The translations under genes were made by a program, and so were the position numbers. Shown here one piece after another: positions 22,001 to 37,243 of a DNA stretch of 64,000 bases. Location: contig CM059438.1 of NCBI GenBank assembly GCA_030390025.1, positions 58,406,001 through 58,470,000 of the forward strand, written 5' to 3'. Every line of letters begins with the position of its first letter. Position 1 is the first letter of the stretch. Origin of the DNA: Squalus acanthias. Lineage: Eukaryota. Under the pieces are notes generated by a model. It had not been told where the DNA came from. It did not search any database and saw nothing but the letters and a program-made list of their open reading frames with translations.

Positions 22001-24640
22001 AGACTCTGCGAAGGGAGCTGGGTACTGACATACACTGGGAATGGATCTGGTTACAGACAGACTGGAGAATGGAACTGGGTACAGACAGACTCTGGGGAAA
22101 GGAGCCGGGTACAGACAGACCACAGGAATGGAGCTGGATATAGACAGACTCTGGGGAATGGAGCTGGGTACAGACAGACTCTGGGGAATGGAGCTGGTTA
22201 CAGAGAGACTGGGGAATGGAGCTGGATACAGACAGACTATGGGAATGGAGCTGGGTACAGACAGACTCTTGGGAATGGAGCTGGGTACAGAAGGCTGGGG
22301 AATAGAGCTGGGTACAGACAGATTTTGGGGAATGGAGCTGGGTACAGACAGTCTCTGGGGGATGGATCTGGGTACAGACAGAATGAGGAATGGTGTTGAG
22401 TAGAGGCAGAGTCTGGGAATGGAGCTGCGTACAGACAGACTATGGGAATGGAGCTGCGTACAGGCAGACTCTTGGAATGGAGCTGGGTACAGACAGATTG
22501 GAGAATGGAGCTGGGTACAGTCAGATTCTGGGGAATGGAGCTGGGTACAGACAGACATTGGGAAATCGAGCTGGGTACAGACAGACTCTGCGAATACAGC
22601 TTTGTACAGACAGACTCTGGGAATGGGTATGGTTACAGACAGACTGGGGAATGGAGTTGGGTACATAAAGACTCTGCGAAGGTAGCTGGGTGCTGACATA
22701 CTCTGGGAATGGAGCCGGGTATAGACAGTCTCCAGGAATCGAGCTGGGTACAGGCAGACTCTTGGAACGGAGCTGGGTACAGACAGATTGGAGAATGGAG
22801 CTGGGTACAGTCAGATTCTGGGGAATGGAGCTGGGTACAGACAGACATTGGGAAATCGAGCTGGGTACAGGAAGACTCTGGGGAATGGAGCTGGGTACAG
22901 ACAGACTTCTGGAATCGAGCTGGGTATAGACAGACTGGGGAATGGAGCTCGGTACAGGCGGACTCTGGGGAAATGAGCTGGGTACAGACAGACTCTGTGA
23001 ATGGAGCTGGGTACAGGCAGACTAGGGTAATGGAGCTGGTTACAGACAGACTGGGGAACGGAACTGGATACAGACAGACTGGGGAATGGAGTACAGACAG
23101 ATTCTGCGAATGGAGCTCGGTACAGAGAGACTCTTGGGAATGGAGCTGTGTACAGAAGACTGGGGAATAGAGTTGGTACAGACATACTTTGGGGAATGGA
23201 GCTGGGTATAGACAGCCTGAGGAATGGAGTTGGGTCGAGGTAGAGTCTGGGAATGGAGCTGCGTACAGACAGACTATGGGAATGGAGCTGGGTACAGACA
23301 GACTCATGGAATACTGCTGGGTACAGAAAGACTCTGGGAATCGAGTTGGGTACAGACAGACTGGAGAATGGAGCTGGGTACAGACAGACTCTGGGGAATG
23401 GATCTTGTACAGACAGACATTGCGAAATCGAGCTAGGTACAGACAGACTCTGGGAATACAGCTGTGTACAGACAGACTCTGGGAATGGATCTGGTTACAG
23501 ACAGACTGGGGAATGGAGATGGGTACAGACAGACTCTGGGGAAAGGAGCTGGGTGCAGACAGACTTCGGGAATGGAGCTGGGTATAGACAGAGTCTGGGG
23601 AATGGAGCTCGGTACAGACAGACTCTCTGAATGGAGTTGGGTACAGACAGACTCTGTGAATGGAGCTGGGTAAAGGCAGACTAGGGGAATGGAGCTGGTT
23701 ACAGACAGACTCTGGGGAATGGATCTTGTACAGACAGACATTGCGAAATCGAGCTAGGTACAGACAGACTCTGGGAATACAGCTGTGTACAGACAGACTC
23801 TGGGAATGGATCTGGTTACAGACAGACTGGGGAATGGAGATGGGTACAGACAGACTCTGGGGAAAGGAGCTGGGTGCAGACAGACTTCGGGAATGGAGCT
23901 GGGTATAGACAGAGTCTGGGGAATGGAGCTCGGTACAGACAGACTCTCTGAATGAAGTTGGGTACAGACAGACTTTGTGAATGGAGCTGGGTAAAGGCAG
24001 ACTAGGGGAATGGAGCTGGTTACAGACAGATTCTGGGGAATGCAGCTGGTTACAGACAGACTGGGGAAAGGAGCTGGATACAGACAGACTGGGGAATGGA
24101 GTACAGACAGATTCTGGGAATGGAGCTCGGTACAGATAGACTCTTGGGAATGGAGCTGGGCACAGAAGACTGGGGAATAGAGCTGGGTACAGACAGACTT
24201 TGGGGAATGGAGCTGGGTACAGACAGTCTCTGGGGGATGGAGCTGTGTACAGACAGACTGAGGAATGGAGTTGGGTACAGGCAGAGTCTGGGAATGGATC
24301 TGGGTACAGACAGAATTTGGGAATGGAGCTGGGTACAGACAGACTGCGGAATGGCGTTGAGTAGAGGCAGAGTCTGGGAATGGAGCTGCGTACAGACAGA
24401 CTATTGGAATGGATCTGGGTACAGACAGACTCTTGGAATGGTGCTGGGTACAGAAAGACTCTGGGAATGGAGCTGGCCCCAGACAGACTGGAGAATGGAG
24501 CTGGGTACAGTCAGATTCTGGGGAATGGAGCTGGGTACAGACAGACTCTGGGGAATGGATCCTGCACAGACAGACATTGGGAAATTGAACTGGGTACAGA
24601 CAGACTCTGGGAATACAGCTGTGTACAGACAGACTCTGGG
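16040..24640 (+). repeat. Higher-order duplication of ~4.4 kb within the satellite (about 16040-19880 versus 20460-24640)
   Basis: Matching variant strings/ORFs at offsets 4445 (16408/20853, 16523/20968, 16841/21286), 4298 (18092/22390), 4441 (18783/23224) and 4761 (19335/24096). Boundaries are approximate. Confidence 0.8.
23379..24030 (+). repeat. 321-bp (11-monomer) direct tandem duplication
   Basis: GGATCTTGTAC...ATTGCGAAATCGAGCTAGG...GGGTAAAGGCAG recurs at offset 321, with two substitutions noticed. Confidence 0.85.
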
Positions 24641-27600
24641 AATGGATCTCGTTACAGACAGACTGGGGAATGGAGCTGCGTACAGACTGACTCTGCGAAG
24701 GGAGCTGGGTACTGACATACACTGGGAATGGATCTGGTTACAGACAGACTGGAGAATGGAACTGGGTACAGACAGACTCTGGGGAAAGGAGCCGGGTACA
24801 GACAGACCACAGGAATGGAGCTGGATATAGAGAGACTCTGGGGAATGGAGCTGGGTACAGAAAGACTTCGGGAATGGAGCTCGGTACAGGCGGACTCTGG
24901 GGAATGGAGCTGGTTACAGAGAGACTGGGGAACGGAGCTGGATACAGACAGACTGGGGAATGGAGCTGTGTACAGACACACACTGGGAATGCTGCTGGGT
25001 ACAGATGTACTCTGGGGAATGGAGCTGGGTACAGACAGATTCTGGGAATGGCGCTGGGTACAGACAGACTGGGAAACGGAGCTGTTTACAGAGAGACTGG
25101 GGAATGGAGTACAGACAGATTCTGGGAATGGAGCTGGTTATGATAGTCTCTGGGGAATGAAGCTGTGTACAGACAGACTGAGGAATGGAGTTGGGTAGAG
25201 GCAGCGCCTGGGAATGGAGCTGGGCACAGACAGAATTTGGAAATGGAGCTGGGTACAGACAGACTATGGGAATGGAGCTGGGTACAGACAGACTCTTGGG
25301 AATGGAGCTGGGTACAGAAGACTGGGGAATAGAGCTGGGTACAGACAGATTTTGGGGAATGGAGCTGGGTACAGACAGTCTCTGGGGGATGGAGCTGGGT
25401 ACAGACAGAATGAGGAATGGTGTTGAGTAGATACAGAGTCTGGGAATGGAGCTGCGTACAGACAGACTATGGGAATGGAGCTGGGTACAGGCAGACTCTT
25501 GGAATGGAGCTGGGTACAGACAGATTGGAGAATGGAGCTGGGTACAGTCAGATTCTGGGGAATGGAGCTGGGTACAGACAGACTTCTGGAATCGAGCTGG
25601 GTATAGACAGACTCTGGGGAATGGAGCTCGGTACAGGTGGACTCTGGGGAATGGAGCTGGGTACAGACAGACTCTGTGAATGGAGCTGGGTACAGGCAGA
25701 CTAGTGTTAGGAGCTGGTTACAGACAGACTGGGGAACGGAACTGGATACAGACAGACTGGGGAATGGAGTACAGACAGATTCTGCGAATGGAGCTCAGTA
25801 CAGAGAGACTCTTGGGAATGGAGCTGTGTACAGAAGACTGGGGAATAGAGCTGGGTACAGACATACCTTGGGGAATGGAGCTGGGTATAGACAGTCTCTG
25901 GGGGTTGGAGCTGGGTACGGACAGCCTGAGGAATGGAGTTGGGTAGAGGTAGAGTCTGGGAATGGAGCTGCGTACAGACAGACTATGGGAATGGAGCTGG
26001 GTACAGACAGACTCATGGAATACTGCTGGGTACAGAAAGACTCTGGGAATCGAGCTGGGTACAGACAGACTGGAGAATGGAGCTGGGTACAGTCAGATTC
26101 TGTGGAATGGAGCTGGGTACAGACAGACTCTGGGGAATGGATCTTGTACAGACAGACATTGCGAAATCGAGCTAGGTACAGACAGACTCTGGGAATACAG
26201 CTGTGTACAGACAGACTCTGGGAATGGATCTGGTTACAGACAGACGGGGGAATGGAGATGGGTACAGACAGACTCTGGGGAAAGGAGCTGGGTGCAGACA
26301 GACTTCGGGAATGGAGCTGGGTATAGACAGAGTCTGGGGAATGGAGCTGGGTACAGGCGGACTCTGGGGAATGGAGCTGGGTACTGACAGACTAGAGAAT
26401 GGAGCTGGTTATCGACAGATTCTGGGGAATGCAGCTGATTACAGACAGACTGGGGAACGGACCTGGATACAGACAGACTTGGGAATGGAGTACAGACAGA
26501 TTCTGGGATTGGAGCTCGGTACAGTTAGACTCTGGGGAATGGAGCTGGGTACAGAAGACTGGGGAATAGAGCTGGGTACAGACAGACTGAGGAATGGAGT
26601 TGGGTAGAGGCAGAGTCTGGGAATGGAGCTGTGTACAGACAGAATTTGGGAATGGAGCTGGATACAGACAAACTGAGGAATGGCGTTGAGTAGAGGCAGA
26701 GTCTGGGAATGGAGCTGCGTACAGACAGACTATTGGAATGGAGCTGGGTACAGTAAGTCTCTGGGAAGGGAGCTGGGTACAGACAGACTGGAGAATGGAG
26801 CTGGGTACAGTCAGATTCTGGGGAATGGGGCTGAGTATAGACAGACATTGGGAAATCAAGCTGGGTACAGACAGACTCTGGGAATACAGCTGTGTACAGA
26901 CAGACTCTGGGGAATGGATCTTGTACAAACAGATATTGGGAAATCGAGCTAGGTACAGACAGACTCTGGGAATACAGCTGTGTATAGACAGACTCTGGGA
27001 ATGGATCTGGTTACAGACAGACTGGGGAATGGAGCTGGGTACAGACAGATTCAGGGGAAAGGAGCTGGGTACAGACAGTCTCCAGGAATCGAGCTGGGTA
27101 CAGGCAGACTCTGGGGAATGGAGCTGGGTACAGAGAGACTTCGGGAATGGAGCTGGGTACAGACAGATTCTGGGGAATGGAGCTGGGTTCGGACAGAATT
27201 TGGGAATGTAGCTGGGTACAGACAGATTGGGGAATGGAGTACAGAAAGTTTTGGGAATCGAGCTTGGTACAGGTATGCGCTGGGGAATGTAGCTGGTTAT
27301 GACAGTCTCTGGGGAATGGAGCTGGGTTCAGACAGACTAAGGAATGGAGTTGGGTAGAGGCAGAGTCTGGGAATGGAGCTGGGAACAGACAGAATTTGGA
27401 AATGGAGCTGGGTACAGACAGACTAGAGAACGGAGCTTGGTTCGGAGAGACTGGGGAATGGAGCTTGGTACAGGCAGACTACGGAATGGAGCTGGTTACA
27501 GACAGATTCTGGGGAATACAGCTGGTTACAGACAGACTGGGGAACGGAGCTGGTTACAGACAGACTGGGGAATGGATTACAGACTGATTCTGGGAATGGA

Positions 27601-30600
27601 GCTCGGTACAGATAGACTCTGGGGAATGGAGCTGGGTACAGAAGACTGGGGAATAGAGCTGGGTACAGACAGACTTTGGGGAATGCAGCTGGGTACCGAC
27701 AGTCTCTGGGGGATGGAGCTGGGTACAGACAGACTGAGGAATGGAGTTGGGTAGAGGCAGAGTCTGGGAATGGAGCTGGGTACAGACAGAATTTGGGAAA
27801 GGAGCTGGGTACAGACAGTCTCTGTGGGATGGAGCTGGGTACAGACAGACTGAGGAACGGCGTTGGGTAGAGGCAGAGTCTGGGAATGGAGCTGGGTGCA
27901 GACAGACTGAGGAATGCTGTTGGGTAGAGGCAGAGTCTGGGAATGGAGTTGGGTACAGACAGACTCTTGGCATGGTACTGGGTACAGAAAGACTCTGGGA
28001 ATGGAGCTGGTTACAGACAGACTGGAGAATGGAGCTGGATACAGTCAGATTCTGGGGAATGGAGCTAGGTACAGACAGACTCTGGGAATACAGCAGTGTA
28101 CAGACAGACTCTGGGGAATGGAACTCGGTACAGGCGGACACTGGGGAATGGAGCTGGGTACAGACAGACTCTGTGAATGGAGCTGGGTACAGACACACTA
28201 GAGAATGGAGCTTGGTTCAGAGAGACTATGGAATGGAGCTGGGTACAGGCAGATGAGGGGAATGGAGCTGGTTACAGACAGATTCTGGTGAATGCAGCTG
28301 TTTACAGACCGACTAGGGAACGGAGCTGGATACAGACAGACTGGGGAATGGAGTACAGACAGATTCTGGGAATGGAGCTTGGTACAGGTATGCGCTGGGG
28401 AATGGAGCTGGTTATGACAGTCTCTGGGGAATGGAGCTGGGTACAGACAGACTGAGGAATGGAGTTGGGTAGAGGCAGAGTCTGGGAAATGGAGCTGGGT
28501 ACAGACAGAACTTGGAAATGGAGCTGGGTACAGACAGACTATGGGAATTGAGCTGGGTATAGACAGACTGTGGGGAATGGAGCTCGGTACAGGCGGACTC
28601 TGGGGAATGGAGCTGGGTTCAGACAGACTCTGGGGAATGGAGCTGGTTACAGACAGACACTGGGAATGGTGCTGGGTACAGACGGACTCTGGGGAATGGA
28701 GCTGGGTACAGACAGATTCTGGGAATGGAGCTGGGTACAGACAGATTCTGGGAATGGAGCTGGGTACAGACAGACTCTGGGAATGGTGCTGGGTACAGAC
28801 AGACTCTGGGGAATGGAGCTGGGTACAGACAGATTCTGGAATAGGAGCTGGGTACAGATAGACTCTGGGGAATGGAGCTGGTGACAGACAGTCTCTGGGG
28901 AATGGAGTTGGGTACAAACAGACTATATGAATGGAGCTGGGTATAGACAGACTCTGCAAATGGAGCTGGGTACAGACAGACTCTGGGGAATGGAACTCGG
29001 TACAGGCGGACTCTGGGGAATGGAACTGGGTGCAGACAGACTCTGTGAATGGAGCTGGGCACAGACAGACTAGAGAATGGAGCTTGGTTCAGAGAGACAG
29101 GGGAATAGAGCTGGGTACAGGCAGACTAGGGGAATGGAGCTGTTTACAGACAGATTCTGGGGAGTGCAGCTGGTTACAGACAGCGTGGGGAACGGAGCTG
29201 GATACAGACAGACTGGGGAATGGAGAACAGACAGATTCTGGGAATGGAGCTCGGTACAGACTGGGGAATAGAGCTGGGTACAGACAGACCTTCGGGTATG
29301 GAACTGGGTACCGACAGTCTCTGGGGGATGGAGCTGGGTACAGACAGACTGAGGAATGGCGTTGGGTAGAGAAAGACTCTGGGAATGGAGCTGGGTACAG
29401 ACAGACTGGAGAATGGAGCTGGGTACAGACAGACTCTGGGGAATGGATCTTGTACATACAGACATTGGGAAATCGAGCTGTGTACGGACAGACTCTGGGA
29501 ATGGATCTGGTTACAGACAGACTGAGGAATGGAGCTGGGTAAATAAAGACTCTGCGAAGGGAGCTGGGTACTGACATACTCTGGGAATGGAGCTGGGTAC
29601 AGACTGACTGGAGAATGGAACTGGGTACAGACAGTCTCCAGGAATCGAGCTGGGTACAGGTAGAATCTGGAGAATGGCGCTGGGTACAGACAGACTCTGG
29701 GGAATGGAACTCGGTACAGGCGGACTCTGGGGAATGGAGCTGGGTACAGACAGATTCTGTTAATGGAGCTGGGTACAGACAGACTAGAGAATGGAGTTTG
29801 GTTCAGAGAGACTGGGCAATGGAGCTGGGTACAGGCAGACTAGGGGAATGGAGCTGTTTACAGACAGATTCTGGGGAATGCAGCTGGTTACAGACAGACT
29901 GGGTAACGGAGCTGGATACAGATAGACTGGGGAATGGAGTACAGACAGATTCTTGGAATGGTGCTTGTTACAGATAGACTGTGGGGAATGTAGCTGGGTA
30001 CAGACTGACACTGGGAATGGTGCTCGGTACAGACAGACTCTGGGGAATGGAGCTGGGTACAGACAGATTCAGGGAATGGAGCTGGGTACAGATAGACTCT
30101 GGGGAATGGAGCTGGGTACAGACAGACTGGGGAATAGAACTGGGTACAGACAGACTCTGGGGAATGGAGCTGGTTATGACAGTCTTTGGGGAATCGAGTT
30201 GGCTGCAGAGTCTGAGAATGGAGCTGGGTACAGACAGAATTTGGGAATGGAGCTGGGTACAGACAGACTATGGGAATGGAGCTGGGTACAGACAGACTCT
30301 GGGAATGGTGCTGGGTACAGACAGACTCTGGGGAATGGAACTCGGTACAGGCGGACTCTGGGGAATGGAGCTGGGTACAGACAGACTCTGTGAATGGATC
30401 TGGGTACAGGCAGACTAGGGGAATGGAGCTGGTTACAGACAGATTCTTGGGAATGCAGCTGGTTGCAGACAGACTGTGGAACGGAGCTGGATACAGACAG
30501 ACTGGGGAATGGAGTACAGACAGATTCTGGGAATGGAGCTTGGTACAGGTATGTGCTGGGGAATGGAGCTGGTTATAACAGTCTCTGGGGAATGGAGCTG

Positions 30601-33600
30601 GGTACAGACAGACTGAGGAATGGAGTTGGGTAGAGGCAGAGTCTGGGAATGGAGCTGGGTACAGACAGAATTTGGGAATGGGGCTGGGTACAGACAGACT
30701 CTGGGGAATGGAGCTGGGTACAGACATACTCTAGGATTGGTGCTGTGCACAGATAGACTCTGCGAATGGAGCTGTGTACTGACAGACTAGAGATTGGAGC
30801 TTGGTTCAGAGAGACTGGGGAATGGAGCTGGGTACAGATAGACTCTGGGGAATGGAGCTGGGTACAGACTGACTGAGGAATGGTGTTTGGTAGAGGCAGA
30901 GTCTGGGAATGGAGCTGGGTACAGACAGAATTTGGGAATGGAGCTGGGTACAGACAGATTCTGTTAATGGAGCTGGGTACAGACAGACTAGAGAATGGAG
31001 TTTGGTTCAGAGAGACTGGGCAATGGAGCTGGGTACAGGCCGACTAGGGGAATGGTGCTGGTTACGGACAGATTCTGGGGAATGCAGCTGGATACAGACA
31101 GACTGGGGAATGGAGTACAGACAGATTCTGGGAATGGAGCTTGGTACAGATAGACTGTGGGGAATGTAGCTGGGTACAGACAGACACTGGGAATGGTGCT
31201 TGGTACAGACGGACTCTGGGGAATGGAGCTGGGTACAGACAGATTCTGGGAATGGAGCTGGGTACAGATAGACTCTGGGGAATGCAGCTGGGTACAGACA
31301 GACTGGGGAATAGAACTGGGTACAGACAGACTCTGGGGAATGGAGCTTGTTATGACAGTCTTTGGGGAATGGAGTTGGGTACAGACAGACTGAGGAATGG
31401 TGTTGGGTAGAGGCAGAGTCTGGGAATGGAGCTGGGTACAGACAGACTTTGGGAAATCGAGCTGGGTACAGACAGCCTCTGGGAATACAGCTGTGTACAG
31501 ACAGACTCTGGGAATGGATCTGGTTGTAGACAGACTGGGGAATGGAGCTGGGTCCAGGCAGACTCTGGAAATGGATATGGGTACAGACAGACACTGTGAA
31601 TGGTGATGTGCACAGACGGACTGGGGAACCGAGCTGGATACAGACAGACTGGGGAATGGAGCAGCGTTCAGAGAGAATGGGGAATGAAGCTGGGCACAGA
31701 CAGACTCTGGGAATGGAGCTGGGTACAGAGAGTCTCAGGGAATGTAGCTGGGTACAGACAGACTCTGGGAATGGAGCTGGGTACAGACAGACTCTGGGAA
31801 TGGAGCTGGGTACAGACAGACTCTGGGAATGGAGCTGGGTACAGAGAATCTCAGGGAATGTAGCTGGGTACAGACAGACACTGGGAATGGAGCTGGGTAC
31901 AGACGGACTCTGGGGAATGGAGCTGGGTACAGACAGATTCTGGGAATGGAGCTGGGTACAGATAGACGCTGGGGAATGGAGCTGGGTCCAGACAGTCTCT
32001 GGGGAATGGAGTTGGCTGCAGACAGACTGAGGAATGGTGTTGGGTAGAGGCAGAGTCTGGGAATGGAGCTGGATACCGACAGAATTTGGGAATGGAGCTG
32101 TGTACAGACAGACTATGGGAATGGAGCTTGGTTCAGAGAGACTGGGGAATGGAGCTGGGTACAGGCACACTAGCGGAATGGAGCTGGTTACAGACAGATT
32201 CTGGGGAATGCAGCTGGTTGCAGACAGACTGGGGAATGGAGTACAGATAGATTCTGGGAATGGAGCTTGGTACAGATATGCGCTGGGGAATGGAGCTGGT
32301 TATGACAGTCTCTGGGGAATGAAGCTGGGTTCAGACAGACTGAGGAATGGAGTTGAAGAGGCAGTGTCTGGGAATGGAGATGGGTACAGACAGAATTTGG
32401 AAATGGAGCTCGGTACAGACAGACTATGGGAATGGAGCTGGGTACAGACAGACTCTGGGAATAGTGCTGGGTACAGACAGACTCTGGGGAATGGAACTCG
32501 GTGCAGGCGGATTCTGGGGAATGGAGCTGGGTACTGACAGACTTTCGGGTATGGAGCTGGGTACAGACAGACTGAGGAATGGCGTTGGGTAGAGGCAGAC
32601 TCTGGGAATGGAGCTGGGTACAGACAGAATTTGGAAATGGAGCTGGGTACAGACAGACTGAGGAATGGCGTTGGGTAGAGGCAGACTCTGGGAATGGAGC
32701 TGGATACAGTCAGATTCTGGGGAATGGAGCTGGGTACAGACTGACTCTGGGAAATGAATCTAGTTACAGACAGACTGGGGAATGGAGCTGGGTACAGACA
32801 GACTTTGAGAAATCGAGCTGGGTACAGACAGCCTCTGGGAATACAGCTTATGACAGTCTCTGTGGAATGGAGTTGGGTACAGACATACAGAGGAGTGTTG
32901 TTGGGTAGAGGCAGAGTCTGGAAATGGAGCTGGGTATAGACAGAATTTGGGAATGGAGTTGGGTACAGACAGACTATGGGAATGGAGCTCGGTACAGACT
33001 GACCCTGGGGAATGGAGCTGGGTGCAGACAGACTCTTGAATTGGAGCTGGGTACAGACAGACTCAGGGGAAAGGATCTTGTACAGACAGACATTGGGAAA
33101 TCAAGCTGGATACAGACAGACTCTGCGGAATGGAGCTGATTACAGAAAGACTCTGGGAATGGAGCTGGGTACAGACAGACTGGAGAATGGAGCTGGGTAC
33201 AGTCAGATACTGGGGAATGGAGCTGGGTACAGACAGACTCTGGGGAATGGATCTTATACAGACAGACTATGGGAATGGAGCTGGGTACAGATAGACTCTG
33301 GGGAATGGAGCTGTGTACAGACAGACTTTGGGAATGGATCTGGGTACAGGCAGACTGGAGAATGGAACTGCGTACAGACAGAGTCTGGGGAAAGGAGCCA
33401 GGTACAGACAGTCTCTGGGAATTGTGCTGGGTACTGGCAGAGTCTGGGGAATGGAGCTGGGTACAGACAGACTTGGGGAATGGAGCTCGGTACAGGCGGA
33501 CTCTGGGGAATGCAGCTGGTTACAGACAGACATGGGAACGGAGCTGGATAAGACAGACTAGGGAATGGAGTACAGACAGATTCTGGAAATGGAGCTGGGT

Positions 33601-35908
33601 ACAGATAGACTCTGGGGAATGGAGCTGGTTACAGCCAGACTGAGGACTGGAGTTGGGTAGAGGCAGAGTCTGGGAATGGAGCTGCGTACAGAAAGACTGA
33701 GGAATGGAGCTGGGTACAGTCAGACTGGAGAATGGAGCTGGGTGCAATCAGACTCTGGGGAATGGAGCTGCGTACAGACAGACTCTGGGAATGGAGCTGG
33801 ATACATACAGACTCTGGTAATGAAGATGGGTACAGACAGACTCAAGGGAATGGATCTGGTACAGACAGACAGCAGAATGGAACTGTATACAGACAGACTC
33901 TGGGGAAAGGAGCCGGGTACAGAGAGTCTCCGGGAATCGAGCTGGGTACAGACGGACTCTGGGGAATGGAGCTCGGTACAGGCGGACTCTGGGGAATGGA
34001 GCTGGGTACAGGCAGACATGGGAAATGGAGCTGGTTACAGACAGAATCTGGGGAATGAAGCTCGGTACAGGCAGACTAGGGAAATGGAGCTGGTTACAGA
34101 CAGACTCTGGGGAATGGAACTGGTTACAGACAGACTAGAGAACGGAGCTGGATACGGACAGAATTGGGAATGGAGCTTGGTCCAGAGAGAATGGGGAATG
34201 AAGCTGGGTACAGACAGACTCTGGGAATGGAGCTGGGGACAGACAGACCCTGGGAATGGAGCTGGATACAGACAGATTCTGGGAATGGAGCTGGGTACAG
34301 ATAGACACTGGGAAATGGAGCTGGGCACGACAGACTGGGGAATCGAGCTGGGTACAGACAGACAGAGGAATGGAATTGGGTGAGGCAGAGTCTGGGAATG
34401 GAGCTGGGTACAGACAGAATTTGTGAATGGAGCTGGGTACAGACAGACTCTCGGAATGGTGCTGGGTACAGAAACACTCTGGGAATGGAGCTGGATACAG
34501 ACAGACTCAGGGGAATGGATCTGGTACAGACAGACATTGGGAAATGGAGCTGGGTACAGACAGACTCTGGAAAATGGAGCTGTATACAGACAGACTCTGG
34601 GAAAACAGCTGTGTACAGACAGACTCTGGGAATGGAGCTTGCTACAGACAGACTATGGGAATGGAGTTGGGTACAGATAGACTCTGGGGAATGGAGCTGG
34701 ATACAGACAGACTGAAGGATGGAACTGGGTACAGACAGACTCTGGCGAAAGGAGCCATAAACAGACAGTCTCTGGGAATCAAGCTGGGCACAGGCAGACT
34801 CTGGGGAATGGAGCTGGGTACAGACAGATTCTGGGGACTGGAGATCGGTACTGGCGGACTCTGGGGAATGGAGCTTGGTACAGACAGAATCAGGGGAATG
34901 GTGCTCAGTACAGGCAGACTGGGGGAATGGATCAGGTTACAGACAGACTCTGGGGAATGGAGCTGGTTACAGACAGACTGGGGAACGGAGCTGGATACAG
35001 ACAGTCTAGGGAATGAAGCTGGTTACAGACTTACTCTGGGAATGGAGGTGGATACAGACAGACACTCGGAATGGAGCTGGGTACAGACAGAATCTGGGAA
35101 TGGATCTCAGTACAGACAGACTGGGGAATGGATCTGGTACAGAAAGACTTTGGGGAATGGGGCAGGGTACAGACAGATTCTGGGAATGGAACTGGGTACC
35201 GATAGACTTTGGGGAATGGAGCTTGGTACAGACAGACTGGGACATGGAGCTGGGTACAGGCGGACTCTGGGAATGGAGCTGTGTACAGACAGACTCTGGG
35301 AATGATTATGGGTACAGACGGACTCTGGGGATTGGAGCTGGGTACAGATAGACTCTGGGGAATGGAGCTGGGTACAGACAGACTGGGGAATGGAGCCGGG
35401 TACAGACAGATACTGGGGAATGGAGATCGGTACAGGCGGACTCTGGTTAATGGAGCTGGGTACAGAGAGAATCTGGGGAGTGCTGCTCAGTACAGGCAGA
35501 CTAGGGGAATGGAGCTGGTTACAGAAAGACTCTGGGGCATGGAGCTGGTTACAGACAGACTGGGGAATGGAGCTGGGTACAGACAGACTGGGGAATGGAA
35601 GTGGGTACAGACAGACTCTGGGAATGGATCTCGGTACAGACAGACTGGGGAATGGATCTGGTACAGACAGACATTGGGGAATGGAGCAGGGTACAGACAT
35701 CTTCTGGGAATGGAACTGGGTACCGATAGACTTTGGGGAATGGAGCTTAGTACAGACAGACGGGGATATGGAGCTGGGTACAGGCTACTCTGGGAATGGA
35801 GTTGTGTGAAGACAGACTCTGGGAATGGTGATGGGTACAGATAGACTCAAGGGAATGGAGCTGGGTACAGACAGACTGGGGAATGGAGCCGGGTACAGAC
35901 AGACTCTG

Positions 35909-37243
35909 GGGAATGGAGCAGGGTACAGACAGACTGAGGAATGGAGTTGGGTACATACAGACTCTGGGAATGGAGCTGGGTACAGACAGACTCTGGGCAT
36001 GGAGCTGTGCACAGAGAGACTCTGGGAATGGAGCTGGGTACAGCCAGAATCTGGAAATGGAGCTGGGTACAGACAGGCTCTGGGGAATGGCGCTGGGTAC
36101 AAACAGAATCTATGGAATGGATCTGGATACAGACAGACTCTGGGGAATGGAGCTGGGTACAAATAGACCCTGGGGAATGGAGCTGTGTACAGACAGAATC
36201 TGGGAATGGTGCTGGGTACAGACAGACTCTGGGAAGGGAGCTGTGTACAGATAGACTGGGGATTGGAGCTGGGTACATACAGACTCTGGGAATGGAGCTG
36301 GGTACAGACAGACTCTGGGAATGGAGCTGGGTACAGACAGACCCTGCGAATGGAGATGGGTACTGACAGACTCTGGGAAACGAGCTGTGTACAGACAGAC
36401 TCTGGGACTGGAGCTGGGTACAGATAGACTCTGGGGAATCGAGCTGGGTAGAGACAGACTGGGGAATGGAGCTGGGTACAGACAGACAGGGCAATGGAGC
36501 TGGGTACAGACAGACTGGTGAATGCAGCTGGGTACAGACAGACAGGTGAATGGATCTGCGTACAGGCAGACTCTGGGGAATGGAGCTGGGTACAGACAGA
36601 CTCTGGGAATGGAGCTGGATACAGATAGACTCTGGGAATGGAGCAGGGTACAAATAGACTCTGGGGAATGGTGCTGGGCACAGACAGAATCTGGGAATGG
36701 AGCTCGGTACAGAAAGACTCTGCCAATGGAGCTGGGTACTGACAGACTGGAGAATGGAACTGGGTACCGACAGACTCTGGGGAAAAGAGTTGGGTACAGA
36801 CAGACTCTCGGGAATGGAGCAGGGTACAGACAGACTGAGGAATGGAGTTGGGTACATACAGACTCTGGGAATGGAGCTGGGTACAGACAGACTCTGGGCA
36901 TGGAGCTGTGCACAGAGAGACTCTGGGAATGGAGCTGGGTACAGCCAGAATCTGGAAATGGAGCTGGGTACAGACAGGCTCTGGGGAATGGCGCTGGGTA
37001 CAAACAGAATCTATGGAATGGATCTGGATACAGACAGACTCTGGGGAATGGAGCTGGGTACAAATAGACCCTGGGGAATGGAGCTGTGTACAGACAGAAT
37101 CTGGGAATGGTGCTGGGTACAGACAGACTCTGGGAAGGGAGCTGTGTACAGATAGACTGGGGATTGGAGCTGGGTACATACAGACTCTGGGAATGGAGCT
37201 GGGTACAGACAGACTCTGGGAATGGAGCTGGGTACAGACAGAC
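35909..37243 (+). repeat. ~430-bp block duplicated at 901-bp spacing (35909-36342 and 36810-37243)
   Basis: Rare variants (GGGCATGGAGCTGTGCAC, CAGCCAGAATCTGGAAA, AAACAGAATCTATGG, AAATAGACCCTGG) recur in the same order; ORF offsets 35941/36842 and 36185/37086. Confidence 0.85.
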
